A stretch of DNA of 64,000 nt. Origin: an uncultured Gemmatimonadales bacterium (lineage in GTDB: Bacteria > Gemmatimonadota > Gemmatimonadetes > Longimicrobiales > RSA9). The stretch lies in contig OY970192.1 in the NCBI GenBank assembly GCA_963708135.1, forward strand, positions 2,592,001-2,656,000, written 5' to 3'. Position numbers and translations under genes: made by a program. The notes beneath the pieces are model-generated. The model made no database searches and had not been told where the DNA came from. It was given only the letters and a program-made list of their open reading frames with translations. This document shows, one piece after another, positions 27,214-37,004 of this stretch (the first letter of the stretch is position 1; every line of letters begins with the position of its first letter).

Positions 27214-27741
27214 ATGCTGCCGCTGATCGTCTTTCTCGTCGTCGCAATCGGCTTCTCGGCCTTTTTCACCGCCGCGCAGGCGGCGCTCTTCTCGGTACCG
27301 GAAAGCCGGGTGCGGACGCTGGCGGAGGAGGGACGCCGGGGGAGCCGGTCGCTGCAGCGCCTCCGTGCCGAGCCGGAGCGGACGCTGATCCTGCTGCGTC
27401 TCGGGGACGTGGTCTCGGATGTGGCCGCGGCGCTGGCCGCCGGTTACCTGGCATTCACGCTCGACGGCGTGGCCGTGGCGCTGGTGGTCGCGGTGGTGGC
27501 GCTGCTGATCCTGCTCGGCGGCGAGCTGGTCCCGATCCGCTTCGCGGTGCGGCGCGGCGCGCGGCTCGCCCTGGCGCTCTCTCCTTCCCTGGTGCTCCTC
27601 TCGCGCGTCCTCTCCCCGCTCCTGGCCGTGCTGCAGCGGCTCGCGCACTTCCTGCCGGAGAGCTCCCCGATGGGCTTTTCCGGCCTGCCGGAGACGGAGC
27701 TGCGCGAGCTGACGGCGCTCGGCCATGGCGGGGGGGAGTGA
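27214..27741 (+). CDS. CNNM/DUF21 transmembrane domain: N-terminal half of a CorB/TlyC hemolysin-family protein, split at a G7 run
   Basis: FSAFFTAAQAALFS and GELVP motifs. Ends at ELRELTALGHG just before the CBS linker. Confidence 0.8.
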   Translation: MLPLIVFLVVAIGFSAFFTAAQAALFSVPESRVRTLAEEGRRGSRSLQRLRAEPERTLILLRLGDVVSDVAAALAAGYLAFTLDGVAVALVVAVVALLILLGGELVPIRFAVRRGARLALALSPSLVLLSRVLSPLLAVLQRLAHFLPESSPMGFSGLPETELRELTALGHGGGE

Positions 27742-28775
27742 TGGAGGAGCACGAGCGCCAGTTGATCGAGCGGGCCGTACGGCTGGACGAATGGCGGGCG
27801 TGGGACATCATGACGCCGCGCGTGGACGTCTTCGCCTGGCAGGACTCGCTCACGCTCGCCGCGATCGCTCCGCAGCTCGGCACGGTGCCCTATTCCCGGG
27901 TGCCGGTCTACGGGGCAAGCGTGGACGACATCACCGGCGTGCTCTACCTCCGCGACGCCTATCAGGCGCTCGTGACGGGGCAGCGCAATGTGCCGCTGCG
28001 GGAGCTCGCGCGCGAGCCGCTCATCGTGCCGGGATCGGTTGCGCTGACGAAGCTGCTGCGCGACTTCCAGACGAGGCGCATCCACCTGGCCATCGTGGTG
28101 GACGAGTACGGCGGCACGGACGGCCTGGTGACGCTGGAGGATGTGCTCGAGGAGCTGGTCGGCGAGATCGTGGACGAGACGGACGTCCCGGAGGAGGAGC
28201 CGATCGTGCGCATCTCGCGCCACGAGCTGCTCGCCGCCGGAGACGCGGACCTGCGGGAGATCAACCACTTCTTCAACACGTCGCTGCCGCAGCTGGAGCA
28301 CCGCTCGCTGAACGGGTATCTGCTCGACGAGCTGGGCCGGGTGCCGGACGCGGGCGAGGCGCTGGAGCGGGACGGGGTCCGCATCGAGGTTCTCGAGGCC
28401 ACGGAGACCCAGGTGCTGCGGGCCCGCGTGCACCGCGCCGGCGCGAGCGAAGCGGCCGCCGCAGGTGCCGGGCCGGGGACCGCGGAAGAGGCACCGGCCG
28501 GGGCCGGCGCCGAAGCGTCCTCGAGCCCTTCAGCCGATGGGCCGACGGCTCGGGAGCGGCGCGGCCCTCCGGCCACGATCGGCGGCACGGAGGCGGTGGG
28601 CGGCGGCGGGGGCAGCCGGCGCGGCGAGCCGCCGGAACGCGTGGCCGGATCTGACAGCCCGCGGCAGGCGGAGGGCGGCGCGCCGGGCGGCAGACGCCCC
28701 CCGCTGCAGGGACCGGCGCCCCAGGTCGGGCCCTCGCGCGGCTCCGGAGCGGCCGGGCGGGCGGCGGGCGAATGA
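27738..28775 (+). CDS. CBS pair + CorC/HlyC domain: C-terminal half of the hemolysin-family protein
   Basis: IMTPRVD, YSRVPVY, HLAIVVDEYGGTDGLVTLEDVLEELVGEI and SLNGYL motifs, then a long low-complexity tail. Confidence 0.88.
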   Translation: MMEEHERQLIERAVRLDEWRAWDIMTPRVDVFAWQDSLTLAAIAPQLGTVPYSRVPVYGASVDDITGVLYLRDAYQALVTGQRNVPLRELAREPLIVPGSVALTKLLRDFQTRRIHLAIVVDEYGGTDGLVTLEDVLEELVGEIVDETDVPEEEPIVRISRHELLAAGDADLREINHFFNTSLPQLEHRSLNGYLLDELGRVPDAGEALERDGVRIEVLEATETQVLRARVHRAGASEAAAAGAGPGTAEEAPAGAGAEASSSPSADGPTARERRGPPATIGGTEAVGGGGGSRRGEPPERVAGSDSPRQAEGGAPGGRRPPLQGPAPQVGPSRGSGAAGRAAGE

Positions 28776-29767
28776 GCTCGACGGACGCACCGGCGGCGCC
28801 CGCCGCTCCACCCGTGGATCCGACGCTTCAGGATGTCTACCTCGCCCGGCGCCGGCTGGCCCGCTTCGCCTACCGCACGCCTCTCGAGGCTTCGCCCTGG
28901 CTGTCGGAGATCGCCGGCTGTGCCGTTTACCTCAAGCTGGAATGCTGGCAGCGGACGCGGTCGTTCAAGGCACGCGGCGCCTACAACGCCATTGCGGGCC
29001 TCGCTCACGACACGCGCGCCGGGGGACTCGTGGCCGCCTCGGCCGGGAACCATGGCCAGGGGGTGGCGCTGGCCGCGGATTCGCTCGGCGCGCGGTGCAC
29101 CGTCTTCGTCCCCGCTGGCGCATCGGAGCTGAAGGTCGGCCGGATCCGCGCGCTCGGTGCCGAGGTGCGGATGGTGGAGGGCATCTACAATGACGCGGCG
29201 GCGGCGGCACACGAGTTCGCCGAGGCGAGCGGCGCGTACTACGTGCACGCGTTCTCGGATCCCGCCATCGTGGCGGGCCAGGGCACGGTCGGACTGGAGA
29301 TCCTGGAGGAGCTGCCCGCCCTGGCGGAGGTGGTCGTGCCGGTGGGTGGCGGCGGGCTCGTGGCGGGGGTGGGCACGGTGCTGAAGTCGGCCAGCCCGGG
29401 CGCCCGGGTCACGGGAGTGCAGACTGAGCACGCGTGCTCGATGGCCGCGTCCTTCGAGGCCGGCCGCGCGGTGCTCGGCACGCTCGGCGAGACCATCGCG
29501 GACGGGCTGCACGGCGGGGTCGAGGAGGCGAGCTACAGGCGCGCGCGCCGGGTAGTGGACCGCATGGTCGTGATCCCGGAGACCGGGCTCGAGGAAGCCA
29601 TCCGGGAGCTCTACCGGCGCCACGGCGTGGTGGCGGAAGGATCGGGCGCGGTGCCGGTGGCGGCGGTGCTCGGCGGGCGGCTCGACGTGCGCGGACCCGC
29701 GGTGCTCGTGATCAGCGGGGGCAACATCGACGCCGGTCGGCTCGGACGGATTCTCGCGCGCGAATGA
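28772..29767 (+). CDS. Threonine/serine dehydratase (PLP fold II, catabolic type without ACT domain)
   Basis: KLECWQRTRSFKARGA, SAGNH, GQGT, VGGGGL and ISGGN motifs. Confidence 0.92.
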   Translation: MSSTDAPAAPAAPPVDPTLQDVYLARRRLARFAYRTPLEASPWLSEIAGCAVYLKLECWQRTRSFKARGAYNAIAGLAHDTRAGGLVAASAGNHGQGVALAADSLGARCTVFVPAGASELKVGRIRALGAEVRMVEGIYNDAAAAAHEFAEASGAYYVHAFSDPAIVAGQGTVGLEILEELPALAEVVVPVGGGGLVAGVGTVLKSASPGARVTGVQTEHACSMAASFEAGRAVLGTLGETIADGLHGGVEEASYRRARRVVDRMVVIPETGLEEAIRELYRRHGVVAEGSGAVPVAAVLGGRLDVRGPAVLVISGGNIDAGRLGRILARE

Positions 29768-30303
29768 TGGCGCACCTCCTTCCCTTCAACGGCATCGCGC
29801 CCACGATCCATCCGAGCGCGTTCCTCGCCCCGACGGCCGTGATCATCGGCAACGTCCACGTGGGCGCGGAATCGAGCGTCTGGTTCGGTGCGGTCCTGCG
29901 GGGTGACGACCCGACACACGGTATCCGGATCGGCGCACGCACCAGCGTTCAGGACAATTGCGTGCTGCACGTGAGCGCCCGCGGCCCCACCCTGGTCGGC
30001 GACGGCGTCACCATCGGACACGGCGCCGCCTTCGAGAGCTGCGAGATCCGACGCGGCGCCCTGATCGGCATGAACAGCGTGCTGCTGCACGGGGCCGTGA
30101 TCGACGAGGAGGCGCTGGTGGCCGCGCTCAGCGTCGTCCCGGCGGGAATGCACGTGCCGCCCCGAACGCTGGTGGCGGGCGCGCCGGCGCGGGTGCGCAA
30201 GCAGCTCTCCGGCGCCGCGGCCGACTGGATCGGGGGGAGCGCGGCGCACTACGTCGCGCTGTCGAGGAGCTACCTGCAGCAGGGGATCGGACGCGGTGAG
30301 TGA
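29764..30303 (+). CDS. Gamma-carbonic anhydrase-like hexapeptide-repeat protein (PaaY/YrdA family)
   Basis: SVWFGAVLRGD, QDNCVLH and TIGH motifs. ATGA overlap with the upstream gene. Confidence 0.9.
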   Translation: MMAHLLPFNGIAPTIHPSAFLAPTAVIIGNVHVGAESSVWFGAVLRGDDPTHGIRIGARTSVQDNCVLHVSARGPTLVGDGVTIGHGAAFESCEIRRGALIGMNSVLLHGAVIDEEALVAALSVVPAGMHVPPRTLVAGAPARVRKQLSGAAADWIGGSAAHYVALSRSYLQQGIGRGE

Positions 30304-31408
30304 GCGGAGCGTGGATGTCGTCGTGATCGGCGGCGGCGTGATCGGGTGCGCCGTGGCCTGGCGCGCCGCGCAGCGCGGCCTCTCCGTCACCGTGCTGGAA
30401 CGCGGCACCCCGGGGAGGCAGGCGACGTGGGCGGCCGCGGGCATGCTCTCCGCCGCCGGCCACTCCGTCGCTGCGACGCCGGTGGATGCGCTGGCATCGA
30501 CGAGCCTCGAGCTGTACCCGGCGTTCGTCGCCGAGCTGCGGGAGGCGACCGGCGTGGACGTCGGGCACCGGATCGCCGGCGCGCTCTTCACGGCGTTCGA
30601 CGATGCGGAGGGCGAGCACCTGCGCGCGATGGTGGAGGGGCAGGCTGCGCGGGGGCATCCCGTGCGCGTAGTCGAGGCGGCCGAGGCGCGGCGCCTCGAG
30701 CCCGCGCTCTCCGCCGAGGTGCGCCTGGCCGCGCTCAACAGGGCGGACCAGGTGCTGGACAACCGCCGGCTCGCGCAGGCTCTCTGGGGCGCAGCCGCCA
30801 GGGCCGGCGTGCGCTTCAGATTGAATGGGGCGGCGCGGGCGATCGACGGCGAGGGAGTTCGCCTGGCGGACGGCGACACGGTCCGGGCGGACCGGATCGT
30901 GCTCGCGGGCGGGTGCTGGAGTGGCCAGATCGAGGGGCTTGCCCGGGCGGTGCCGACGGAGCCCGTGCGCGGCCAGATGGCGGTGGTGCGGGTGGTGCCT
31001 GCGCCGCTCGGGCGGCCCATCTGGGGCGCCGGCGGCTACGTTGTGCCGCGCGCGGACGGCCGCGTGCTCATCGGCGCCACGTCGGAGCGCGCGGGGTTCC
31101 GGCCGCAGCCGACGGCCGGCGGGATCCGCGGCCTGCTCGACCTCGGCCTCAGGCTGCTTCCGGCCCTCGCCGACGCGCCGCTGGTGGACGCGTGGGCGGG
31201 GCTGCGGCCGGGCACCCCGGACGATCTGCCGATCCTCGGCGAGGATCCCGACGAGCGGCGCGTGGTCTACGCGACCGGCCACTTCCGCAACGGCATCCTG
31301 CTCGCACCCATCACCGCGGACGTGATCGCCGCCGTGCTGACGGGGGAGGCGCCGAGGGTCGCGCTCGCGGCGTTCGGAGCGGAGCGTTTCGATGCGCGGC
31401 GGGACTGA
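30296..31408 (+). CDS. thiO: Glycine oxidase
   Basis: GGGVIG Rossmann motif, ATWAAAGML, PVRGQ, WAGLRP and GHFRNGILLAP. Confidence 0.9.
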   Translation: MSERSVDVVVIGGGVIGCAVAWRAAQRGLSVTVLERGTPGRQATWAAAGMLSAAGHSVAATPVDALASTSLELYPAFVAELREATGVDVGHRIAGALFTAFDDAEGEHLRAMVEGQAARGHPVRVVEAAEARRLEPALSAEVRLAALNRADQVLDNRRLAQALWGAAARAGVRFRLNGAARAIDGEGVRLADGDTVRADRIVLAGGCWSGQIEGLARAVPTEPVRGQMAVVRVVPAPLGRPIWGAGGYVVPRADGRVLIGATSERAGFRPQPTAGGIRGLLDLGLRLLPALADAPLVDAWAGLRPGTPDDLPILGEDPDERRVVYATGHFRNGILLAPITADVIAAVLTGEAPRVALAAFGAERFDARRD

Positions 31409-31644
31409 AGGGGCAGGCCCGGCGCCGGAGGGGCCGGACGGCCGGCGGGGGCGCGAGGCCGCGCCGGAGGAGGCGTCGCCTTCGGGAAGAGCGCCGGCGG
31501 GGCCCGGGCGGCCGCCCGAGGTGGGCGCCGGCGCACCTGCCGACGCGATCGTGTGCGAGCGCTGCGGCAGCGGAGATGTACAACTCCCACTGCAAGATCC
31601 TCTGCCCCGTCTGCGGCTACATGCGCGACTGCAGCGACCCCTGA
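31392..31644 (+). pseudogene. Small CPxCG-type zinc-finger protein split by a +1 frameshift near 31569-31572 (possibly a sequencing error)
   Basis: One frame gives ...AIVCERCGS and the next gives EMYNSHCKILCPVCGYMRDCSDP*. Together they form a coherent double Zn-knuckle. Confidence 0.7.
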
Positions 31645-31651
31645 GGGAGGG

Positions 31652-32440
31652 TCAGGGTGTGCCGACCATGGTGCGCAGGTACCACGCGATCATGGCGCCA
31701 CCCCAGGTATAGGTGATGGCGGCGCCCAGGGCGAGGAAGGTGCCGAGGGGCAGGTAGGTGCCGAGCAGCGTGAGGCGCCCGCGCCACCAGCTGAGCGGCA
31801 CACCGATCACAAGCCCCAGGACGGACCCCAGCAGCACCGTCAACAGCATCCCCGAGACGCCCACGAACGCCCCGACCATGGCCATCATGTGGATGTCCCC
31901 CACGCCGAGCGCGGGCCGCCCGAGCGCCTTCTCCGCAGCCAGCTTGACCGCCCACAGGAAGAAGTAGCCGACCCCCGCGCCCAGCAGCGCGTGCAGAAAC
32001 GGGTACCCCCGCGGCAGAGCGGCGAATCCGAGCCCGAGAGCCATGCCGCCAAGGGAGAATTGGTCGGGGATCAGCATATGGCGCGCGTCGGTGAGCGCGA
32101 TGCCGAGGAGCAGCGTGAGGAAGGTCGCCGTGCGCAGCGCCTCGACGCTCGGGCCGAAGCGCACGACGGCGGCGAGCCAGAGCGCGGCCGTGGCCAGCTC
32201 GATCAGGGGGTACTGCGCGGAGATGCGCATCCCGCAGTTGCGGCAGCGGCCGCGCAGCACGATCCAGCTGAGCACCGGAACGTTGTCGTACCACGCGATC
32301 CCCGCCTCGCACCCCGGGCAGCGCGAGCGGGGCCGCACCACCGATTCCCCGGCGGGCCAGCGGGAAACGCACACATTGAGGAAGGAGCCGACGACGGCGC
32401 CGAGCACCCCCGCGTAGATCCAGAGCAGCACTCGCGGCAT
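31652..32440 (-). CDS. pilD: Prepilin peptidase (A24A)
   Basis: GSFLNV, SRCPGC, YDNVPVLSW..LRGRCRNC, catalytic D (TDARH) and GVGD motifs. Confidence 0.93.
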   Translation of the reverse strand: MPRVLLWIYAGVLGAVVGSFLNVCVSRWPAGESVVRPRSRCPGCEAGIAWYDNVPVLSWIVLRGRCRNCGMRISAQYPLIELATAALWLAAVVRFGPSVEALRTATFLTLLLGIALTDARHMLIPDQFSLGGMALGLGFAALPRGYPFLHALLGAGVGYFFLWAVKLAAEKALGRPALGVGDIHMMAMVGAFVGVSGMLLTVLLGSVLGLVIGVPLSWWRGRLTLLGTYLPLGTFLALGAAITYTWGGAMIAWYLRTMVGTP

Positions 32441-33216
32441 CAGCCCCACCGGTTGCGCGTGAGAAGGTAGAGGAGGATTGCGCCCGCGACGGCCACGTTC
32501 AGAGACTCCGCACCGCCGCGGATCGGCACGGCGACGACGGCGTCCGCCGCCGCCGCGAGCGCCGCGTCCACGCCGGCGCCCTCGTTTCCCAGCACCAGGG
32601 CCACCCGCCGCGAGGCGGGAAGCGCCTCGATCGGCTCGCCCTGCGCGCTCGCGGCGCAGAGCGTGAAACCGCGCGCTCCCAGCCACTCGAGCAGCGCAGT
32701 CCGGTCCGGTTGGAGCACCGGAACCCTGAAGAGCGAGCCCGCGGCGGCGCGCACGACCTTCGGGTTCCAGGGATCCGCGGTGCCGGGCAGCGCGGCCACC
32801 GCCAGCGCGCCGAACGCATCCGCCGTGCGCACGAGGGTTCCCACGTTGCCCGGATCCTGTACCCCGTCCAGCACGAGGATGACGGCGGAGCCGCGGACCT
32901 CCAGCGCCTCGAGCTCGGTCCTCGGGATCGCGCCCACGAGCAGGATCCCCTGCGGCGCCTCGGTGTCGGCGAGCCGCGCGAGCTCGGACTCGGCGACCTC
33001 GCGGAACGCCGGCAGCGCCGCCACGGTCGAGCGCAGCGCGGCGCCGCGCGGGGTGTCCTCCAGAGAGGGCGCCGCGACGGCCAGGCGGAGGTCAACCCCC
33101 GAAGCAAGGAGCTCCTCGGCCACGCGGATGCCCTCCGCCAGGAAAAGGCCCTCCGCCTCGCGGATCTTGCGGCGGCGCAGGCCCCTGACGATCTTCGCTT
33201 CCGCCGAGCTCAGCAT
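32440..33216 (-). CDS. TrmH/SpoU-family RNA 2'-O-methyltransferase
   Basis: FLAEG, VQDPGNVGTLVRTA, LGNEGAG and ESLNVAVA motifs. Start MLSSAE at 33216. Confidence 0.92.
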   Translation of the reverse strand: MLSSAEAKIVRGLRRRKIREAEGLFLAEGIRVAEELLASGVDLRLAVAAPSLEDTPRGAALRSTVAALPAFREVAESELARLADTEAPQGILLVGAIPRTELEALEVRGSAVILVLDGVQDPGNVGTLVRTADAFGALAVAALPGTADPWNPKVVRAAAGSLFRVPVLQPDRTALLEWLGARGFTLCAASAQGEPIEALPASRRVALVLGNEGAGVDAALAAAADAVVAVPIRGGAESLNVAVAGAILLYLLTRNRWG

Positions 33217-33228
33217 CCAACTCCTTTG

Positions 33229-33244
33229 TGGAACACGTCTTGCC
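33229..33244 (+). promoter_or_regulatory. Putative sigma-54 promoter for the M48 protease
   Basis: TGGAACA-CGTC-TTGCC (GG-N10-GC), ~40 nt upstream of the ATG. Confidence 0.6.
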
Positions 33245-33282
33245 CCACTCCTCCGCGAACCGGTATCAGGGGAGAAGGACTT

Positions 33283-34116
33283 ATGTTCAAGACGAATGGA
33301 CGGCTCCGCCGGGGTGCGAGTGTCGGCCTGCTGGCCGGCGCCGCGGCGCTCGGCACGGGGTGCGCGGTGAGCACCCAGCAGGAGGTGCAGGCCGGAGCGC
33401 AGGAAGCGGCGCAGGTGAATCAGCAGCTTCCGATCGTGCAGGATGCGGCGCTCGACCGCTACATCAACGGCCTCGGCAACCAGCTGGCGAGCCACGGCCA
33501 GAGGAACATTCCGTTCCACTTCTTCATCGTCAACAGCAACGTCGTGAACGCCTTCTCGCTGGAGGGCGGTTACGTCTACATCAACCGCGGCATCATCGAG
33601 CACGCCTCGAACCTGTCGGAGCTGGCGGGAGTCGTCGGCCACGAGATCGGGCACGTGGAGAACCGCGACGTGGTGACGCAGCAGCAGCGGCTCCAGGGAG
33701 CGAACATCGGAATCGCGCTGGCGTCGGTCCTGCTCGGACAGCAGCCGGGCGCGCTGGCGCAGACTGCGGTCAATGTGGGCGGTACGGCGGTGTTCGCGCA
33801 CTACAGCCGCCAGGACGAATCGAACGCGGACGCCGCCTCTGTGAAGCTGACCACGGCCGCAGGGATCAGCCCGCAGGGGCTGGTCACGTTCTTCCACAAG
33901 CTGCTCCAGATGAGGCAGAGCCAGCCCGGCCTCTTCGACCAGTGGTTCGCGACGCACCCCACGGAGGAGCAGCGGATCGCGGACACGCAGCAGCTCGTCT
34001 CGCAGGTTCCGGCCAGCCGGCTGCGCTCGCTGACCACGGATACGCGCGCCTTCGAGACGTTCAAGGCGCGCATGGCGCAGTACCCGGCGCCACCACCGGG
34101 AGCGAACGGGCAGTAG
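33283..34116 (+). CDS. M48-family zinc metalloprotease lipoprotein (BepA/LoiP-like)
   Basis: Lipobox LGTGC, VNAF..GG, HEIGH, YSRQDE..AD and ATHP motifs. Confidence 0.92.
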   Translation: MFKTNGRLRRGASVGLLAGAAALGTGCAVSTQQEVQAGAQEAAQVNQQLPIVQDAALDRYINGLGNQLASHGQRNIPFHFFIVNSNVVNAFSLEGGYVYINRGIIEHASNLSELAGVVGHEIGHVENRDVVTQQQRLQGANIGIALASVLLGQQPGALAQTAVNVGGTAVFAHYSRQDESNADAASVKLTTAAGISPQGLVTFFHKLLQMRQSQPGLFDQWFATHPTEEQRIADTQQLVSQVPASRLRSLTTDTRAFETFKARMAQYPAPPPGANGQ

Positions 34117-34230
34117 CAGCAGCGCTCGTGCGGGCGCGGCCTCCCGCGCCGCGCCCGCCGCGCGCATTCCCCTCGTCCGAGCCTCCGCCTTACCTTTCCG
34201 GCAACCGTTTCCCGAACCGACGATCGCACG

Positions 34231-35040
34231 ATGCTCCCGATCGCACTGACCATCGCCGGCAGCGACAGCGGCGGCGGCGCCGGCATCCAGGCGGACCTCA
34301 AGACGTTCCAGGCGTTCGGCGTCTACGGCGCCAGCGTCGTGACCGCGCTGACCGCGCAGAACACGCGCGGTGTGGCGGGCGTGCACGCCGTCGCGCCGGA
34401 GTTCGTGCGCCTGCAGCTGGACGCGGTGCTGGAGGACCTGCCGCCCGCGGCGGTGAAGAGCGGGATGCTGGCGACGGCGGCGATCGTCCGGGCGGTGGCG
34501 GAGGGTCTGCGGGACGCGGGGGTTCGCGCGTACGTGCTGGATCCCGTGATGGCGGCCACCAGCGGCGACCGCCTGCTGGATCCCGACGGCGTGCGGGCGA
34601 TCCTGGAGGAGCTGGTCCCGCTGGCCGCCCTGGTCACGCCCAACCTCGACGAGGCGGAGCTCCTCACTGGAATTCCGGCACGCGACGAGGCGGGCATGCG
34701 CGGCGCGGCCGCGGCGCTCGTGGACCGGGGCGCGAGCGCCGCCCTGATCAAGGGAGGCCACCTGTCCGGCGACCGGCTCACGGACCTGCTCCTCGACCGC
34801 CACGGGGTCCGGGTCTGGCGGCGGGAGCGGGTCCGGACGCGGAGCACGCACGGCACGGGCTGCACCCTCTCGGCCGCGATCGCGGCGGGGTTGGCGCGCG
34901 GGCGGCCGGTGGACGCCGCCATCGAGGAGGCGATCGCGTACGTGGACCGGGCACTGCGCGCCGCGCCCGGGCTGGGCGCCGGCCACGGGCCGCTCAACCA
35001 CATGGTGCCGGGTCCCGCGTCGCTCGAGATCAGCGGCTGA
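34231..35040 (+). CDS. thiD: Hydroxymethylpyrimidine/phosphomethylpyrimidine kinase
   Basis: [30 protein letters not shown] and HGTGCTLS motifs. Confidence 0.95.
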   Translation: MLPIALTIAGSDSGGGAGIQADLKTFQAFGVYGASVVTALTAQNTRGVAGVHAVAPEFVRLQLDAVLEDLPPAAVKSGMLATAAIVRAVAEGLRDAGVRAYVLDPVMAATSGDRLLDPDGVRAILEELVPLAALVTPNLDEAELLTGIPARDEAGMRGAAAALVDRGASAALIKGGHLSGDRLTDLLLDRHGVRVWRRERVRTRSTHGTGCTLSAAIAAGLARGRPVDAAIEEAIAYVDRALRAAPGLGAGHGPLNHMVPGPASLEISG

Positions 35041-35200
35041 GCAGCCAGTTGGTCAGCAGATAGCCGACCGTGAGGCCGAGCACCATGAGCGCGCCGTAGA
35101 GCGTGGGCGGGGCGGGGATCGGCAGGCGCAGCAGCCGCACGAGCGCGCCGATCACGAGCGCGACGATGATGCCCACCCATCCGGGAAGCTGCGTGCTCAT
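35030..35200 (-). CDS. xapX: XapX-domain (DUF1427) small membrane protein, 56 aa
   Basis: [47 protein letters not shown] matches the XapX P.PAPP.L.G...G.T.G pattern. GGAGAGGAG RBS and ATGA overlap with the SBP gene. Confidence 0.85.
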   Translation of the reverse strand: MSTQLPGWVGIIVALVIGALVRLLRLPIPAPPTLYGALMVLGLTVGYLLTNWLLSR

Positions 35201-36861
35201 CTCCTCTCCGTGTCGGGCGCTGCAGTGCGCCGCGCGTCGGCGGGGATCCACCAGCGCGAGACGGAGACGAAGGTCCCGCGGATGTCCATGTCCACGCCCT
35301 GCAGCCGCTTGTTCACCGCGATCAGGTCCGGCGAGTAGTAGAGGAACGTCCAGGGCTGCTCGTCGCGAAGGATGCGCTGCAGCCGGTGCCAGAGCGGCCT
35401 TGCCTGCGTGCGGTCGGGCAGCAGGGGGGCCGAATCGAGGATGCTGTCCACGGCCGGGTTGCCGTAGGACGCGAGCTGGAAGGGCCCGGCGATCCCCTTC
35501 GAGTGGAAGAGATCGCGCAGGTTCAGCCGGAAATCGGACTCGAAGCCGAGCAGCACGGCGTCGAAGCGGCGCTTCGGAGAGGTCACGTCGGCGAGCAGCG
35601 TGCGCAACTCGGTGGGCCTGGGGTGCAGCTCGATGCCGACGCGGGCCAGGTTGGCCTGGGCGAACTCGGCCATGTCGCGGTTCAGGTCGTTGCCGGCCGG
35701 ATAGGTGAGGTCGAAGCGGAACGCTTTTCCGTCCGGCCGCTCGAGCACGCCGTCGCCATCGCGGTCGCGGAACCCGGCGGCGGCCAGGAGGGCGCGCGCC
35801 GAGTCGGGTGCGTACGGCAGCGCGCTCAGGGTGGAGTCGTAGGCCCAATGGAACGGCCCGATCGGGCCGACGGCGGGGGTGCCGTAGCCGCCGTGCAGCG
35901 CGCGGATCATTCCCTGCCGGTCGATGGCCAGCGCGAGCGCGCGGCGCACGCGGGCGTCGCCGAAGGGGGTCCGCAGGCCGTTCCAGGCGATGAAGGTGAA
36001 CTGGCGGGAGGGCCGCTCGACCACACGCAGCTCCGGGCTCTCGCGCAGCCGGTCGAGCTGTCCCGGGCGCGGGTACATGATCATGTCCACGCCGCCCGTG
36101 AGCGCCTCCGTCATCTGCGCCGCATTCTCCGGGATGATTCGCAGCACCACCCTGTCCAGGTGGGGCCGCCCGCCGAGCGCGACCGGGAAGTCGGGATTGG
36201 CCGCGAAGACCCAGCGGTCGTTGGGCTGGTAGGAGGCGACGCGGAACGGCCCGTCGCCGACGGGATGATGGTTGAACTCCGCCTGGCGCAGCCGGTCCGG
36301 CGGGATGCTGTCGAGCAGGTGGCGCGGCACGATCGGCAGGAACGGCAGGCCTGCCAGCGGCTCCGCCCGCGGCGCGAAGCCGCACCGGACGGTGAAGGAG
36401 TCCACGGCCTGGACGCCGCGCCAGGCGTCGAAGTACTCCGGGTTCGGGTACGCCGTTCGGGGGTCCCGCGCGCGCTCCAGCGTGAACACCACGTCCGTCG
36501 CCGTCACGGGCGCCCCATCCGTCCAGCGCACGTCGTGCCGCAGATGGAAGACGACGGCCGTGTCCGCCTCCATCGTCCACGACGCCGCGAGCGCCGGCGC
36601 GAGGGAGAGGTCCGGCGCGTAGCGGACCAGCGGGACGAACAGGAGGTAGCGATTGACTTCCTGCGTGTACTTCTCGCCGCTGACGAGCGGGTTGAGGAAG
36701 TCCAGGTCGCCCGGGATTGCGACGACGGCGGTGCCGCCCCGCTGCGGCTCCCCGCCCGGCGCGCCTCGCGCCGGCGACCGCCGCTCGCAGCCGGCGGCGC
36801 TGGTGGCCGCCAGCATGAGGGTTGCCAGGGTGCGGCCGGCGATCCGCGCCGTTCTCGCCAT
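35197..36861 (-). CDS. ABC-type substrate-binding lipoprotein, family 5 (peptide/nickel-type fold)
   Basis: Lipobox AAGC, LAASW, F.LR..V.WTDG.PVTA.DV.FT, PVGDGPF and VRRALALAIDR motifs. Confidence 0.92.
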   Translation of the reverse strand: MARTARIAGRTLATLMLAATSAAGCERRSPARGAPGGEPQRGGTAVVAIPGDLDFLNPLVSGEKYTQEVNRYLLFVPLVRYAPDLSLAPALAASWTMEADTAVVFHLRHDVRWTDGAPVTATDVVFTLERARDPRTAYPNPEYFDAWRGVQAVDSFTVRCGFAPRAEPLAGLPFLPIVPRHLLDSIPPDRLRQAEFNHHPVGDGPFRVASYQPNDRWVFAANPDFPVALGGRPHLDRVVLRIIPENAAQMTEALTGGVDMIMYPRPGQLDRLRESPELRVVERPSRQFTFIAWNGLRTPFGDARVRRALALAIDRQGMIRALHGGYGTPAVGPIGPFHWAYDSTLSALPYAPDSARALLAAAGFRDRDGDGVLERPDGKAFRFDLTYPAGNDLNRDMAEFAQANLARVGIELHPRPTELRTLLADVTSPKRRFDAVLLGFESDFRLNLRDLFHSKGIAGPFQLASYGNPAVDSILDSAPLLPDRTQARPLWHRLQRILRDEQPWTFLYYSPDLIAVNKRLQGVDMDIRGTFVSVSRWWIPADARRTAAPDTERR

Positions 36862-37004
36862 TCGTCAGCTCCGCTCACGCCATCGGGTTCGGGTACCTCC
36901 GCAATGTCGGTCCGGCGGGCGGCTTCGACAAGGCGGTGGGGCGAGACCGGGCCGGGGCGCGGTGGTGAGCGCGGGCCACCCGGGGAACGGCTGCGTGCCG
37001 GCGC

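Noticed and set aside
28430..28775. Separate gene or repeat in the Gly/Ala/Pro-rich tail after the CorC domain
   Set aside because: It reads in frame to an ATGA overlap with the next gene, so it is best explained as a disordered tail.
34117..34230. TPP riboswitch upstream of thiD (also checked before thiE and thiO)
   Set aside because: No CTGAGA/ACCTGA core. Only a GC-rich hairpin after the M48 gene; thiE and thiO have no leader.
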